Positions 1-9,402 of a stretch of DNA of 64,000 bases are shown here, piece by piece; positions within the stretch are counted from its first letter, which is position 1; every line of letters begins with the position of its first letter. The DNA is taken from the IMG/VR virus record IMGVR_UViG_3300006919_000042, positions 24,236 through 88,235 of that record. The stretch is one strand, 5' to 3'. Below the pieces are notes generated by a model. That model ran no database searches. It was not told where the DNA came from and was given only the letters and a program-made list of their open reading frames with translations. Source of the stretch: a virus. The translations under genes were made by a program, and so were the position numbers.

Positions 1-2
1 AA

Positions 3-356
3 CCTAACAGTTTTATTGATGGACCTGAGAAAGTCGAGACTCACAAAACTGAGGCAACGACTGAGAAAGTTTCGCCATTGAAAGCACCAACATTAGAAGA
101 GATGAGTTTAGACCAGTTAGCAGCATATGTTGACAAGCAAGGTTTAGATGTAACCATTCTTCCAGATGATGCTGAGGCAGATGTCATTCAAGCAATTCGT
201 GACGAAGAAGCAGATCAAATTGGAGACGTTGCAGCAACTACACCAAATGCAGAAGCAGACGGTGAAAAAGCATGGGAGGATTTAACTAGTGATTCTGCAG
301 AAGAAGTTGTAGAGACTAGAAAAGCAAGAGGTACAAGAAGTACTCAACTAGATTAA
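3..356 (+). CDS. 3' end of an acidic protein truncated by the window edge (possibly an ssDNA-binding/recombination protein tail)
   Basis: Frame is open from position 3 to TAA at 354-356; very acidic; directly upstream of the recombination cluster. Confidence 0.45.
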   Translation, partial: PNSFIDGPEKVETHKTEATTEKVSPLKAPTLEEMSLDQLAAYVDKQGLDVTILPDDAEADVIQAIRDEEADQIGDVAATTPNAEADGEKAWEDLTSDSAEEVVETRKARGTRSTQLD

Positions 357-371
357 GAGTAGGAACCCTGG

Positions 372-405
372 AAAATGCCACCGCTGATTCATGTGGCATT
401 TTTTT
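372..405 (+). terminator. Intrinsic terminator
   Basis: AAAATGCCAC-loop-GTGGCATTTT followed by a T run. Confidence 0.7.
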
Positions 406-416
406 AAACTATCGTT

Positions 417-1454
417 ATGAGCAAACCGGTATTTACAATTATTACAGATTTACATCTTCAAGACGATAACGTCAATGAGGTTGTTTCAGTTGTTGAACAA
501 GCAATTGAAAAGACAGCACAATTAGGACTTCACTGGATTTTCTGTGCAGGAGACATTTTCAATTCAAGAAAGAGTCTGAGCTTCACAGTACTACAAGCGT
601 GGAGTAACCTATTAGAATACTGTATGTCACATGATGTGTGTATGGTAGGTATTCCAGGAAACCATGATAAATTAGATTACACTTCAAAAAGCAGCTATTT
701 AGACATCTTCAAGGACCATCCCAACTTTATGTTGTATGATGAGTACGGATGTAAGGAGATAGTTGATCAAGAAATATATGTTCATTTAATACCATACTTT
801 GATGAGAAATCAGAGTTTGCAAATCAATTTGCAAAAGTAAAGATGCAACCAAACGCAATGAACTACCTAATAACTCACATTGCAATAAACGGAGTAAGTA
901 ACAACGATGGTAGTGTAGTAGATACTGCAATCACACCAAACTCATTTCATAAATTTAAGAAGGTATTTGTTGGACATTATCACAACAAACAAGATGTACT
1001 ATCCAACATACATTACATTGGATCTATTAGACAGAATAATTACGGAGAGGACACTGATAAAGGAATGATAGTGATATATGAGAATGGATTTCATGAACAA
1101 ATCAAACTTAATTCAATTGAATATCACACAGTAAAGATTGATATTGATAAAGCAAGTGACGAAGAGATTACCAAACTATGCACCAAATGGGGAGATTCAC
1201 AAAACAATGTTAGGTTCAAGTTTGAAGGAACTAAAGCAAAAATTGACGCACTAGATAAAACCAAGTTCGATTTACTCGATATCGATGTTAAGTGCACTTA
1301 CAACGATCCGAATGTAGATTTGTCATATAAAGATGCTGTGACATTCACTGGATTTGATAAGGAAAGTATAATTGAAGAATGGGACGGATTCTGTAAAGAG
1401 AATCTTGAATTGGATCATAAATTAGGAACCGAATACTTACAAAAAATATTATGA
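417..1454 (+). CDS. sbcD: SbcD/Mre11-like (T4 gp47-like) metallophosphoesterase nuclease
   Basis: TDLH, GDIF, GNHD, THI and GHYH motifs; same cluster as the SbcC-like gene. Confidence 0.9.
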   Translation: MSKPVFTIITDLHLQDDNVNEVVSVVEQAIEKTAQLGLHWIFCAGDIFNSRKSLSFTVLQAWSNLLEYCMSHDVCMVGIPGNHDKLDYTSKSSYLDIFKDHPNFMLYDEYGCKEIVDQEIYVHLIPYFDEKSEFANQFAKVKMQPNAMNYLITHIAINGVSNNDGSVVDTAITPNSFHKFKKVFVGHYHNKQDVLSNIHYIGSIRQNNYGEDTDKGMIVIYENGFHEQIKLNSIEYHTVKIDIDKASDEEITKLCTKWGDSQNNVRFKFEGTKAKIDALDKTKFDLLDIDVKCTYNDPNVDLSYKDAVTFTGFDKESIIEEWDGFCKENLELDHKLGTEYLQKIL

Positions 1455-2416
1455 GTAAAGAATCAGCAATTGCAGACCTAGAAAAAAGATACGGTAAAGG
1501 GTCGATTGGAAAGGTCAAGGACTTTGAGAAGATTGATATACCGCGCATAAACTCAGGTCTATTGTCATTAAATCATCACACTGGTGGAGGATATCCTAGA
1601 GGAAGAATCATTGAAATTTATGGTCCTGAGTCATCAGGTAAGACCACACTATGTCTACATGCAATGGCAGAAGAACAGATGCTTGGCAATACCGTAGCAT
1701 TCATAGATGCAGAGCACAGTTTTGATAGAGACTACGCAGAAGCATTAGGTATGGATGTTGATGAGATGATTTTAGGTATCCCTAGTAATGGTGAAGAAGC
1801 AATGGAGCAAGTTCGTGGATTGATTGCTGGAGGAGGAGTAAGTTTAATTGTGGTTGATTCTGTAGCAGCAATGATACCTAAAGCTGAAATGGAAGGAGAA
1901 GTTGGTGATTCTAAGATGGGTCTTCATGCAAGACTAATGTCCCAAGCATGTAGAATGATATCGGGACCTGCTGAGAAAACTAAAACTACAGTAATGTTCA
2001 TTAATCAATTACGTATGAAGATTGGTGTGATGTTCGGCAATCCTGAGACTACCACTGGTGGTAATGCACTAAAGTTCTACGCATCAATTAGATTAGATGT
2101 CCGTGGAAGTACTCAGATAAAAGACAAAGAGGGAACATCAATTGCACGTAAAACTAGAATCAAAGTAGTTAAGAATAAAGTAGGTAAACCATTCGGAGGA
2201 TGTGAAATAGACATGACTTTCGGTCAAGGATTTGATGTTATTGCTGAGATGCTCGATATGGCAGTTGAGGCTAAAATCATAAATAAAAGTGGATCTTGGT
2301 TCAGTTATCAAGAGACTAAACTTGGACAGGGTCGTAATGCAGTAATAGAATTACTGCGAGACAACATCGAGCTTCAAGATGAAATAAGAGAACAAGTAGT
2401 AAAAGCAATCGTATAA
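1451..2416 (+). CDS. recA: Recombinase RecA
   Basis: GPESSGKTT Walker A, FIDAEH, VVDSVAA, FINQLRMKIGVMFGNPETTTGGNALKFYASIRLD. Confidence 0.98.
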   Translation: MSKESAIADLEKRYGKGSIGKVKDFEKIDIPRINSGLLSLNHHTGGGYPRGRIIEIYGPESSGKTTLCLHAMAEEQMLGNTVAFIDAEHSFDRDYAEALGMDVDEMILGIPSNGEEAMEQVRGLIAGGGVSLIVVDSVAAMIPKAEMEGEVGDSKMGLHARLMSQACRMISGPAEKTKTTVMFINQLRMKIGVMFGNPETTTGGNALKFYASIRLDVRGSTQIKDKEGTSIARKTRIKVVKNKVGKPFGGCEIDMTFGQGFDVIAEMLDMAVEAKIINKSGSWFSYQETKLGQGRNAVIELLRDNIELQDEIREQVVKAIV

Positions 2417-4308
2417 TGTGGCATGTTAAAAAATTATCGTTAATAGACTTCATGTCTCATCGTGATACCGTCCTGGAAATAGTCCAGGACCAAGCGACAA
2501 TGATATATGGAATCAACAAAACTAACAAAGGTCAGAGTAGTAATGGAAGTGGCAAAAGTGCAGTTCTTGAGGGAATTGTCATAGGTGTATTTGGAGAGCC
2601 ATTACGAAAAGTATCAACAAAAGTAATGGTAAGACGAGGAGGTCCTACTCATGCAAATGTGATACTAGAACTACATAACGACAAGTTAGATCACACCGTA
2701 ATCATTACAAGAACAGTATTCAAGAATACCAAGTCAAGTGAGGTAGACATTACAATCAATGGTATAGCACCACAAGGACTTCAACGTAATGGAGCAAACA
2801 AGTATGATGTTCGTGAAGCGAATAAGTGGATATTGAATCAAATTGGAATATCAAAAGAAGACTTATTGAATTACTTTTTGGTTAGTAAAAAGCAATATAA
2901 ATCATTCTTTGCATTAGGAGACGTTGCTAAGAAGGAAGTGATAGGAAGATTCAGTCAATCAAATCAGATTGAACCAGTGTTTGAAGTAATTAAATCAGAG
3001 ATCGATCATATAACTTCGAGTAAAACGCTGATAGAACAGAAAATTACCGCGAATAAAACAAAGATCGACGTGTACCAGGAGCAATTGGATAGATTTGATC
3101 TAAACGCGTTGCAAATCAACGATAAACAAGCCGAACTAACTTTGCAAGATAATCTACTTACACTTAAAGAGAAAACTAAGCCGCTTGAAATATTAATTCA
3201 AACACTGAATGGTACGTTAGATCAACTTAATTTGCAACTCAATACAATTCCAAAGGTTGAAGGCGATAGTACTAAGGATGAACAAACATTGAAAGAGTAT
3301 AACGCTGAGCTTGCTGGATTTACTACAGAGGCAAATGAGGTAATGAATAAACTGACTGAGTATGAGAATAATTTAAGAGGAGCAATCAACTGTCCGAAAT
3401 GTCAACATAAATTTAATCCAGGAAAGGTTGATGTCGATATGGAGAAGCAAGAAGAGCTTAAAGCAAAGGCGATTAAATTAGTTGGTGAGATTAATGTTGA
3501 TGTAACTGCAGTTAAGGCGGACATTAAAAAGGTTGGAGAAGCAATTAGTGTTCGTGATCAAAAATTGGCCGCTAGAAGAGCGATTGTCCGCGCGAAGCAG
3601 TTAGAAATTGATGATAAGACTGCAGAGATCACTCGTGAGACTAGAAACTTGACAAATAATAAAGCGTCAATAAAGTCAGTTGAAGACCAGATAGCAATCT
3701 TGAAGAATAAGGTAATAACTGATCCAACTGCAGATTTGGAAAAGAGTATTAGAGATCACACTAACGCTAATATGGAGCATCAAGGTAAAATTGATGCACT
3801 AGACATTAAGTTAGGTGATAAGAAGCAGTGGGAGAGTCATTTCATTCGATTTAAAACGCACTTATCGAACAAAACAATAGGTGTAATGCAGGCTCATTGT
3901 AATGAATACCTAGATAGAATAGGGACAGACCTATCACTGAACATTGAGGGGTACAAAGTTAATCGCGATAAAAGTATCCGAGAAAACATAACAACCAATG
4001 TTTTGAGAGATGGCGTTGATGAAGGAGTATTGGATGCTTTCTCAAGTGGAGAAGAAGCTAAAATCATCGTTAGTATGATATTGACGCAGCAGAAGTTAAT
4101 TAACTCAAGTTGCGCAAATGGAGGATTTGGCTTATGTTTCCTAGATGAAATAATCGAATCAGTCGACACCGTAGGTATATCTGGATTGATGACAGCACTA
4201 AACAGTTTAGGGCAAACAATTGTAGTTATCACGCACGGAACGTTCGACCAACAGTATGAAAATACACTAAGCGTAGTTAAGAAAAATGGAATCTCCGAAA
4301 TTAGTTAG
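2416..4308 (+). CDS. sbcC: SbcC/Rad50-like (gp46-like) SMC ATPase
   Basis: NGSGKS Walker A, long coiled coils, CPKC zinc hook, FSSGE signature, FLDE Walker B, ITH. Confidence 0.92.
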   Translation: MWHVKKLSLIDFMSHRDTVLEIVQDQATMIYGINKTNKGQSSNGSGKSAVLEGIVIGVFGEPLRKVSTKVMVRRGGPTHANVILELHNDKLDHTVIITRTVFKNTKSSEVDITINGIAPQGLQRNGANKYDVREANKWILNQIGISKEDLLNYFLVSKKQYKSFFALGDVAKKEVIGRFSQSNQIEPVFEVIKSEIDHITSSKTLIEQKITANKTKIDVYQEQLDRFDLNALQINDKQAELTLQDNLLTLKEKTKPLEILIQTLNGTLDQLNLQLNTIPKVEGDSTKDEQTLKEYNAELAGFTTEANEVMNKLTEYENNLRGAINCPKCQHKFNPGKVDVDMEKQEELKAKAIKLVGEINVDVTAVKADIKKVGEAISVRDQKLAARRAIVRAKQLEIDDKTAEITRETRNLTNNKASIKSVEDQIAILKNKVITDPTADLEKSIRDHTNANMEHQGKIDALDIKLGDKKQWESHFIRFKTHLSNKTIGVMQAHCNEYLDRIGTDLSLNIEGYKVNRDKSIRENITTNVLRDGVDEGVLDAFSSGEEAKIIVSMILTQQKLINSSCANGGFGLCFLDEIIESVDTVGISGLMTALNSLGQTIVVITHGTFDQQYENTLSVVKKNGISEIS

Positions 4309-4588
4309 AGAAAAATTATATGTTCATGCAGGGACGTTTGCTGAGTTTCAGCGCTACGCGAAAGCTAACATTGACTATGATTGTGAATATATTGTAGATG
4401 ACAATACTCTTCGTGGCAAGCAGCCTGGAAGAGTTATTCGTATTGACACCTATCAAGAGAAATGGAACGACCAGGCAATTGAAGAATCAATACAAACAGC
4501 ACTAGAACAGTGGGAAGCTAACGCACCACAAGGACCAATTCAAACTAATGAAGATGGTGAAGACATGACAAGTTATGGAGTCTCATAG
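4286..4588 (+). CDS. Hypothetical protein
   Basis: 100-aa ORF overlapping both neighbours in the operon. Confidence 0.6.
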   Translation: MESPKLVREKLYVHAGTFAEFQRYAKANIDYDCEYIVDDNTLRGKQPGRVIRIDTYQEKWNDQAIEESIQTALEQWEANAPQGPIQTNEDGEDMTSYGVS

Positions 4589-5135
4589 ATATATAGGAAT
4601 AGATCCAGGAAAGTCCGGTTATTGGGTAATGCTTGATGGAACTGGTAAGGTTGTTAATCACGACAAAACACCACTAGTTGGTAGAGCTTACGATAAACAA
4701 TCAATGGTACAATTACTTCAAGAATGTGCTGCTCTAACTAAGTATGTCAGAGTTCATGCAGTACTTGAAGATGTTCATGCGAATGTAATTGGAGGGAAGG
4801 CAAGTAACTTTGATTTAGGAAATGGCAAAGGACTCTGGGAGATGGCGCTGATGGCACTTAAAATACCTCATACAATGGTCACTCCAAAAGAGTGGCAGAA
4901 ATATATGTTTCAAGGAGCCAAGACTCAGTATCAACCAACCAAAAGAATAACCAAAAAAGGCACTGCAGTTAAAAAGGTAGACACCAAAGCAACCGCCCTA
5001 CTCGCAGCAAAAATGCTTATGCCGCAGCAAGACTGGAGAGTGGTAGGTAAGACTGGAAAATTTACAACAAAAATCGACGATGGATTTGTAGATGCGTATT
5101 TAATGGCGGAATATTGTAGAAGAAAATTTAAGTAA
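4575..5135 (+). CDS. ruvC: RuvC-like Holliday junction resolvase
   Basis: YIGIDPG, VLE, VTPKEWQK and DDGFVDA acidic motifs. Confidence 0.85.
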   Translation: MESHRYIGIDPGKSGYWVMLDGTGKVVNHDKTPLVGRAYDKQSMVQLLQECAALTKYVRVHAVLEDVHANVIGGKASNFDLGNGKGLWEMALMALKIPHTMVTPKEWQKYMFQGAKTQYQPTKRITKKGTAVKKVDTKATALLAAKMLMPQQDWRVVGKTGKFTTKIDDGFVDAYLMAEYCRRKFK

Positions 5136-5137
5136 AA

Positions 5138-5443
5138 ATGATTACATATAACTATTGTTGTATTCAAGATGATTGTGAAGTGTCTGGAATTATTCCTATT
5201 AAGAAGGAAGAAGAGCATGAAGACCGCGTAGAGTACTGTTATGGCTGCGATAAACCATTAAAGCATGTAGGTCAACTGTGTAATGTAGCTATTCGAGGAG
5301 ACATTCAAAGTAGAATGTTACGCAACCAAGCACACTTCAAGAGAAGAGCTAAAAGGCACTCAGCTAGTGAAGACCAACAGGCATTAAAAAAGAAACGTCA
5401 AGACGAGGAGTTCGCAACAATGGGACTTCATAAAAAGAAATAG
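5138..5443 (+). CDS. Zinc-ribbon protein (FmdB-like)
   Basis: MITYNYCC...C and CYGC cysteine pairs, basic tail. Confidence 0.5.
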   Translation: MITYNYCCIQDDCEVSGIIPIKKEEEHEDRVEYCYGCDKPLKHVGQLCNVAIRGDIQSRMLRNQAHFKRRAKRHSASEDQQALKKKRQDEEFATMGLHKKK

Positions 5444-5444
5444 T

Positions 5445-5756
5445 ATGCAACACGTAAAGAACAACGAGCACAGAACAATGATTGATTTCCTTGAGTTGCT
5501 CAACAGTATTGGTTATAATATCGTATCAATCGACAACACATTTTATATATTTACTGCCTTTCAAGAGGTAGATGATGTAATTAATGAAATTGAACTTACT
5601 GGCAAGAATGCTACATTCTTAATCGAGAATACAGTAGCAACTGCAGCAGCCAATATTTTAAAGAAGAACGAGCTTATTAGCAGAATCGACGAGATTCCTA
5701 GTAGAAGAAGAGTTTTTCATCCAAACACCTTATACGTAAAATATTTATCAAGCTAG
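5445..5756 (+). CDS. Hypothetical protein
   Basis: Tightly packed ORF. Confidence 0.6.
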   Translation: MQHVKNNEHRTMIDFLELLNSIGYNIVSIDNTFYIFTAFQEVDDVINEIELTGKNATFLIENTVATAAANILKKNELISRIDEIPSRRRVFHPNTLYVKYLSS

Positions 5757-5757
5757 A

Positions 5758-6030
5758 ATGCAAGATATTGTTATTAGGAATGTCCTAATTATTCAAAAGT
5801 CACAGTTAAAAGCATACGTTAGAAGAGAGATGTTAAAACGACCTGGCTTAATGAGTCATGTCACTAATCGATCAGTGTTAGAAGCACTTATATTCATTAA
5901 GGGATATGCTAGTGCAATTGAAAAGGACATAATGTTACCCGTAATCAAAGCTGAAGTTCAACAACTATTGTTGGAGCAAGGCCTAAAATATATAATACAA
6001 AAAATTGAATCGACACTTAAAAATTCCTAA
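5758..6030 (+). CDS. Hypothetical protein
   Basis: Tightly packed ORF. Confidence 0.6.
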   Translation: MQDIVIRNVLIIQKSQLKAYVRREMLKRPGLMSHVTNRSVLEALIFIKGYASAIEKDIMLPVIKAEVQQLLLEQGLKYIIQKIESTLKNS

Positions 6031-6853
6031 AGACTGTTTCCGTCGCTCTAAGGACCGCAATATCTTAACAGATGTTTGCTTCTACTATGAGCTTAAAACG
6101 ATCTCAGACAATGGCTTTTTCGCCAAAGGAACGTTGAATTCACTTCATAAAGAGCTAGAATATTCTCAATCTAATATATGGAAGAGACTTGCCCGTCTAG
6201 TTAAACTTAAACTAATAAAACAAAACGCCAATGGATATCAGGTCGTATCATACGACCAATTGTTTGAAGTGTTAGGATATGACCTAACACCAACCGAAAC
6301 ACGTAGAGGAACGTTTAAAATACATAGGGTTCCGCTACAACAATGCAAACATATAAAGGACTTGCTAGCTTTCTTAGAGATAAGAGACAACTTAAAAAGC
6401 CAAGTTTACAGAGCCTTCAATAATCTGAGACGAACGGATCAGTACACAGGACAAAAACTTTACTGCGCTAATAATGAGGATAGAAAGAAATATCTGAATG
6501 AATATGCGAACAAAAATTACGTACAGATGATTGTCAGTAACGATCAGAATATCGAACTTTGTAATATGTTAGAAGCATTTGGGAAAGGAAAGAGTACACA
6601 TTGTAATCCAGACGTTACATTATCCCTACAAGGGATTTGTAATCTATTAGGGTTATCTAATACTTCTTGCGCCCATTTAATTATCAACCGTTTAGTTGCT
6701 CAGAAGAGATTGACTAGTACTAGGAGAGAAGCGTTCATCGAAACCACTACTTTAACCTACACTGAATTCAAAGCAAAATATTCTGATCAATATACTATGA
6801 GAAACGGAATGATATTTAGAACTTTAAGTAATCAACTTACTTGTATCAATTAA
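6005..6853 (+). CDS. Putative DNA-binding protein with two winged-helix-like segments
   Basis: LHKELEYSQSNIWKRLARLVKLKLI and LSLQGICNLLGLSNTSCAHLIINRLV; TTG start. Confidence 0.5.
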   Translation: MNRHLKIPKDCFRRSKDRNILTDVCFYYELKTISDNGFFAKGTLNSLHKELEYSQSNIWKRLARLVKLKLIKQNANGYQVVSYDQLFEVLGYDLTPTETRRGTFKIHRVPLQQCKHIKDLLAFLEIRDNLKSQVYRAFNNLRRTDQYTGQKLYCANNEDRKKYLNEYANKNYVQMIVSNDQNIELCNMLEAFGKGKSTHCNPDVTLSLQGICNLLGLSNTSCAHLIINRLVAQKRLTSTRREAFIETTTLTYTEFKAKYSDQYTMRNGMIFRTLSNQLTCIN

Positions 6854-6905
6854 TAACACTACTTACCTCCCTGAGGTAGATAATAAAAGCTATATATAAA
6901 TCTAT

Positions 6906-7052
6906 ATGAATGATTTAGAATCAAAATATATATTTTTACCAGAACCAGAGAAGCCATTTGTTAGGTGTATACTCAACGAGACTATTCTAGTGCGCTACAA
7001 CACCAAAGCATGGGAACATCCAATCGAAATGAACACACTTTGTTTGAATTAA
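6906..7052 (+). CDS. Small hypothetical protein (48 aa, not in ORF track)
   Basis: MNDLESKYIFLPEPEKPF...LCLN* translated by hand; AT-rich start region. Confidence 0.45.
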   Translation: MNDLESKYIFLPEPEKPFVRCILNETILVRYNTKAWEHPIEMNTLCLN

Positions 7053-7074
7053 TTAGGAAATAATGCACCAAAAA

Positions 7075-7105
7075 GTTGCACCATAGATATATAATGGGTA
7101 TCTTT
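7075..7105 (+). promoter_or_regulatory. Repeated early-type promoter/operator, copy 1
   Basis: GTTGC-N5-AGATA-N9-TATCTTT. Confidence 0.75.
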
Positions 7106-7159
7106 ATCTCAGAATAAAGCACGAAGCCTTATTTGAATCACAACTTAAATCGGAATATT

Positions 7160-7300
7160 ATGAAAACTTTAAACAACATTTTAAACACAGACACAGTAAC
7201 AAAAGTAGGTTATTTAATCGCTGCTACATTAATCACATTAGCTATTACAGCTGCAATCTTTGCAGTAAACAACCCTGAAAGAATTTCACTTTCATTTTAA
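7160..7300 (+). CDS. Small single-TM membrane protein (46 aa, not in ORF track)
   Basis: MKTLNNILNTDTVTKVGYLIAATLITLAITAAIFAVNNPERISLSF*; preceded by the AAATCGGAA leader. Confidence 0.7.
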   Translation: MKTLNNILNTDTVTKVGYLIAATLITLAITAAIFAVNNPERISLSF

Positions 7301-7327
7301 TACTGCACTAAAATAATGCACTTAAAT

Positions 7328-7357
7328 GTTGCATAGAGATATAAAATGTGTATCTTT
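7328..7357 (+). promoter_or_regulatory. Repeated promoter/operator, copy 2
   Basis: GTTGC-N4-AGATA-N9-TATCTTT. Confidence 0.75.
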
Positions 7358-7388
7358 ATGCAACATTAATCGTTTAAATACATATATT

Positions 7389-8237
7389 ATGTCACTACAA
7401 ATCGGATTCGCAACACAGTTCTTCACTCTTTGGAGCGTAGGAGAACCTTTCAAACATTTTTTTAATAAGTATGACTTTGAGTACAGAACAAGTATTCAAT
7501 ACCTTAGAAACCTTTCTAAGGATGAAGCTAAAGCAATTGACAAAGCAGTTAAATTTGGTGCTACAGATACATCAGTACATGAGTACCTAAGAGGTAAGAG
7601 TCAATCATTCACAGTTAGTGGATCAAAAGGAACTGATCGTCCAGATTGGGAATTTCCTGATGGGATTCATAGACATGGATTTGGTGATATCAGAAAATTT
7701 GGTATTGCTCAGGAAGGTGAAGATCCGATGACTAGGGGATTCGTTGAGAGAAAAGCTGATAAGATCAAAGCTCTATGGACTTTGTACTTGAAGAAAGAGA
7801 TACTTTTCGGTGAGAATAGTGCTCGTCCTGATTGGATTCGTCCATGCGTATATGCTAGAAGACAACTTATTAACTTAGGTGTAATCGTTAAGCATGATGG
7901 TCAGTATATGACTCCAGCACAAGTTGAGAAACATGATGCTAGAAAAGCACTTGAGGTAATAAAGAATACTGCAACTGCAGGTCATCACGAGAATGATGGT
8001 GATAAAGTTCAATTGAACCTGAAACAGATTGATTCATTTGGATTTGAAAGTCAATTCGGATACACTCACATCATTACTTATATCGACGACCAAAACCGTC
8101 TATTCAAATATATGGGAGCTTCTGCACCAGGAATATCTACGGAGAATTTCTCAACAATAAAATGTACAATTAAGCACGCTGAATATAAAGAGGTCAAAGA
8201 GACTAAGATTCAGAGAGCTAGAGTATTAACTAAATAA
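7389..8237 (+). CDS. Hypothetical protein, possible C-terminal OB-fold
   Basis: Start moved to ATG 7389 because the track start lies inside the promoter; C-terminal beta-rich FESQFG...TIKH...ETKIQR. Confidence 0.6.
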   Translation: MSLQIGFATQFFTLWSVGEPFKHFFNKYDFEYRTSIQYLRNLSKDEAKAIDKAVKFGATDTSVHEYLRGKSQSFTVSGSKGTDRPDWEFPDGIHRHGFGDIRKFGIAQEGEDPMTRGFVERKADKIKALWTLYLKKEILFGENSARPDWIRPCVYARRQLINLGVIVKHDGQYMTPAQVEKHDARKALEVIKNTATAGHHENDGDKVQLNLKQIDSFGFESQFGYTHIITYIDDQNRLFKYMGASAPGISTENFSTIKCTIKHAEYKEVKETKIQRARVLTK

Positions 8238-8248
8238 AATCGGAAATC

Positions 8249-9073
8249 ATGTCAGACGAAAAATTATTAGACAAAATTAAAAAATTAATCACCCTTGCAA
8301 ATGATGCAGGGGCAACGGAAGCAGAGGCAGATACTGCAATGAGTATGGCCAACAGACTGTTATTAATGCACAACCTTACAATGGCTGATGTCAAGTTAAA
8401 GCCTGATGCTAAGTTTGAACGTAAGGATGGCGCAATCATCATTGGTGAGGGTCATCACGAAGGTAGTTGGGAAGATGCATTGATGGCAGTATTATGTCAA
8501 TTCAATATGTGTTCAAGTATTATTCATAGAACAAAAGGTCTTCGTAGAGCTGGCATTACTATTATTGGTGCCAAAGCTAATGTTGAGATCGTACTATACT
8601 TATTTGATAGTGCACGTAATATGTATAGAGGACTTGCAAGTAAACGTTACAGTGAATACAGTAAGGCTATTGTTAATTTGTTCAAGCCACATGGTTATGA
8701 TAGAAAATCACTTTACAAATTGACTCACAACGACCTTTATTCTAACGGTAATAAGGACCGAGTTTTAGAACGTAGAGGTGTTTGGAGACCACAATACCTA
8801 AAAGGATGTGTATGTGGCCTGCAAAACAAGTTACAAGCGCAAAAAGATGAGATGATGCAACAAGAATATGCTGGAGGTATGGAATTAATGTTAGTTGATA
8901 ACATGAAAGAGCTTGAAGAATTTGTTAAAATGGAATTTGACAATCTTAAACAAGGTAAGTCAAGACAGATGCCAACTAGAAAACAGGCATTCTCAAAAGG
9001 AGTTAGAGATGCTCGTGAAACTGAATTGGTTCAAGGACTAGGAGACTTCACTCCATCAGAAAAAATTGCATAA
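8249..9073 (+). CDS. DUF2786-domain protein
   Basis: N-terminal EKLLDKIKKLITLA...EAEADTAMSMANRLLLMHNL. Confidence 0.8.
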   Translation: MSDEKLLDKIKKLITLANDAGATEAEADTAMSMANRLLLMHNLTMADVKLKPDAKFERKDGAIIIGEGHHEGSWEDALMAVLCQFNMCSSIIHRTKGLRRAGITIIGAKANVEIVLYLFDSARNMYRGLASKRYSEYSKAIVNLFKPHGYDRKSLYKLTHNDLYSNGNKDRVLERRGVWRPQYLKGCVCGLQNKLQAQKDEMMQQEYAGGMELMLVDNMKELEEFVKMEFDNLKQGKSRQMPTRKQAFSKGVRDARETELVQGLGDFTPSEKIA

Positions 9074-9077
9074 AAAA

Positions 9078-9108
9078 GTTGCACTAAAGATATAGGATGT
9101 GTATCTTT
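9078..9108 (+). promoter_or_regulatory. Repeated promoter/operator, copy 3
   Basis: GTTGC-N3-AAAGATA-N9-TATCTTT (7-bp arms). Confidence 0.75.
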
Positions 9109-9132
9109 CCGTAGAATTAAAATCGGAATATC

Positions 9133-9384
9133 ATGGAATACATTGTAATTTTAGGAAAAGGATCAGTTAAAGGAACAACAATTCCCACGTCATTAAAGGT
9201 GTGGTCATCTAAATTCAATCGTGAGGTTGGAGATAAGATCACATTTGAAGGAGAAGTTTGGACAGTGCAACAAGCAGAGCTTTCATCTAAACAAGAAGCT
9301 ATTGAATTGAAGAATAGCATCATCGAACTCTTTATCGAGAAAGGATATTGGAAATCAGTAAGAACATTTAGAACAAAATTTTAA
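9133..9384 (+). CDS. Hypothetical protein
   Basis: ORF preceded by the promoter and AAATCGGAA leader. Confidence 0.7.
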   Translation: MEYIVILGKGSVKGTTIPTSLKVWSSKFNREVGDKITFEGEVWTVQQAELSSKQEAIELKNSIIELFIEKGYWKSVRTFRTKF

Positions 9385-9402
9385 TAATAAAATCGGAAAA
9401 TC

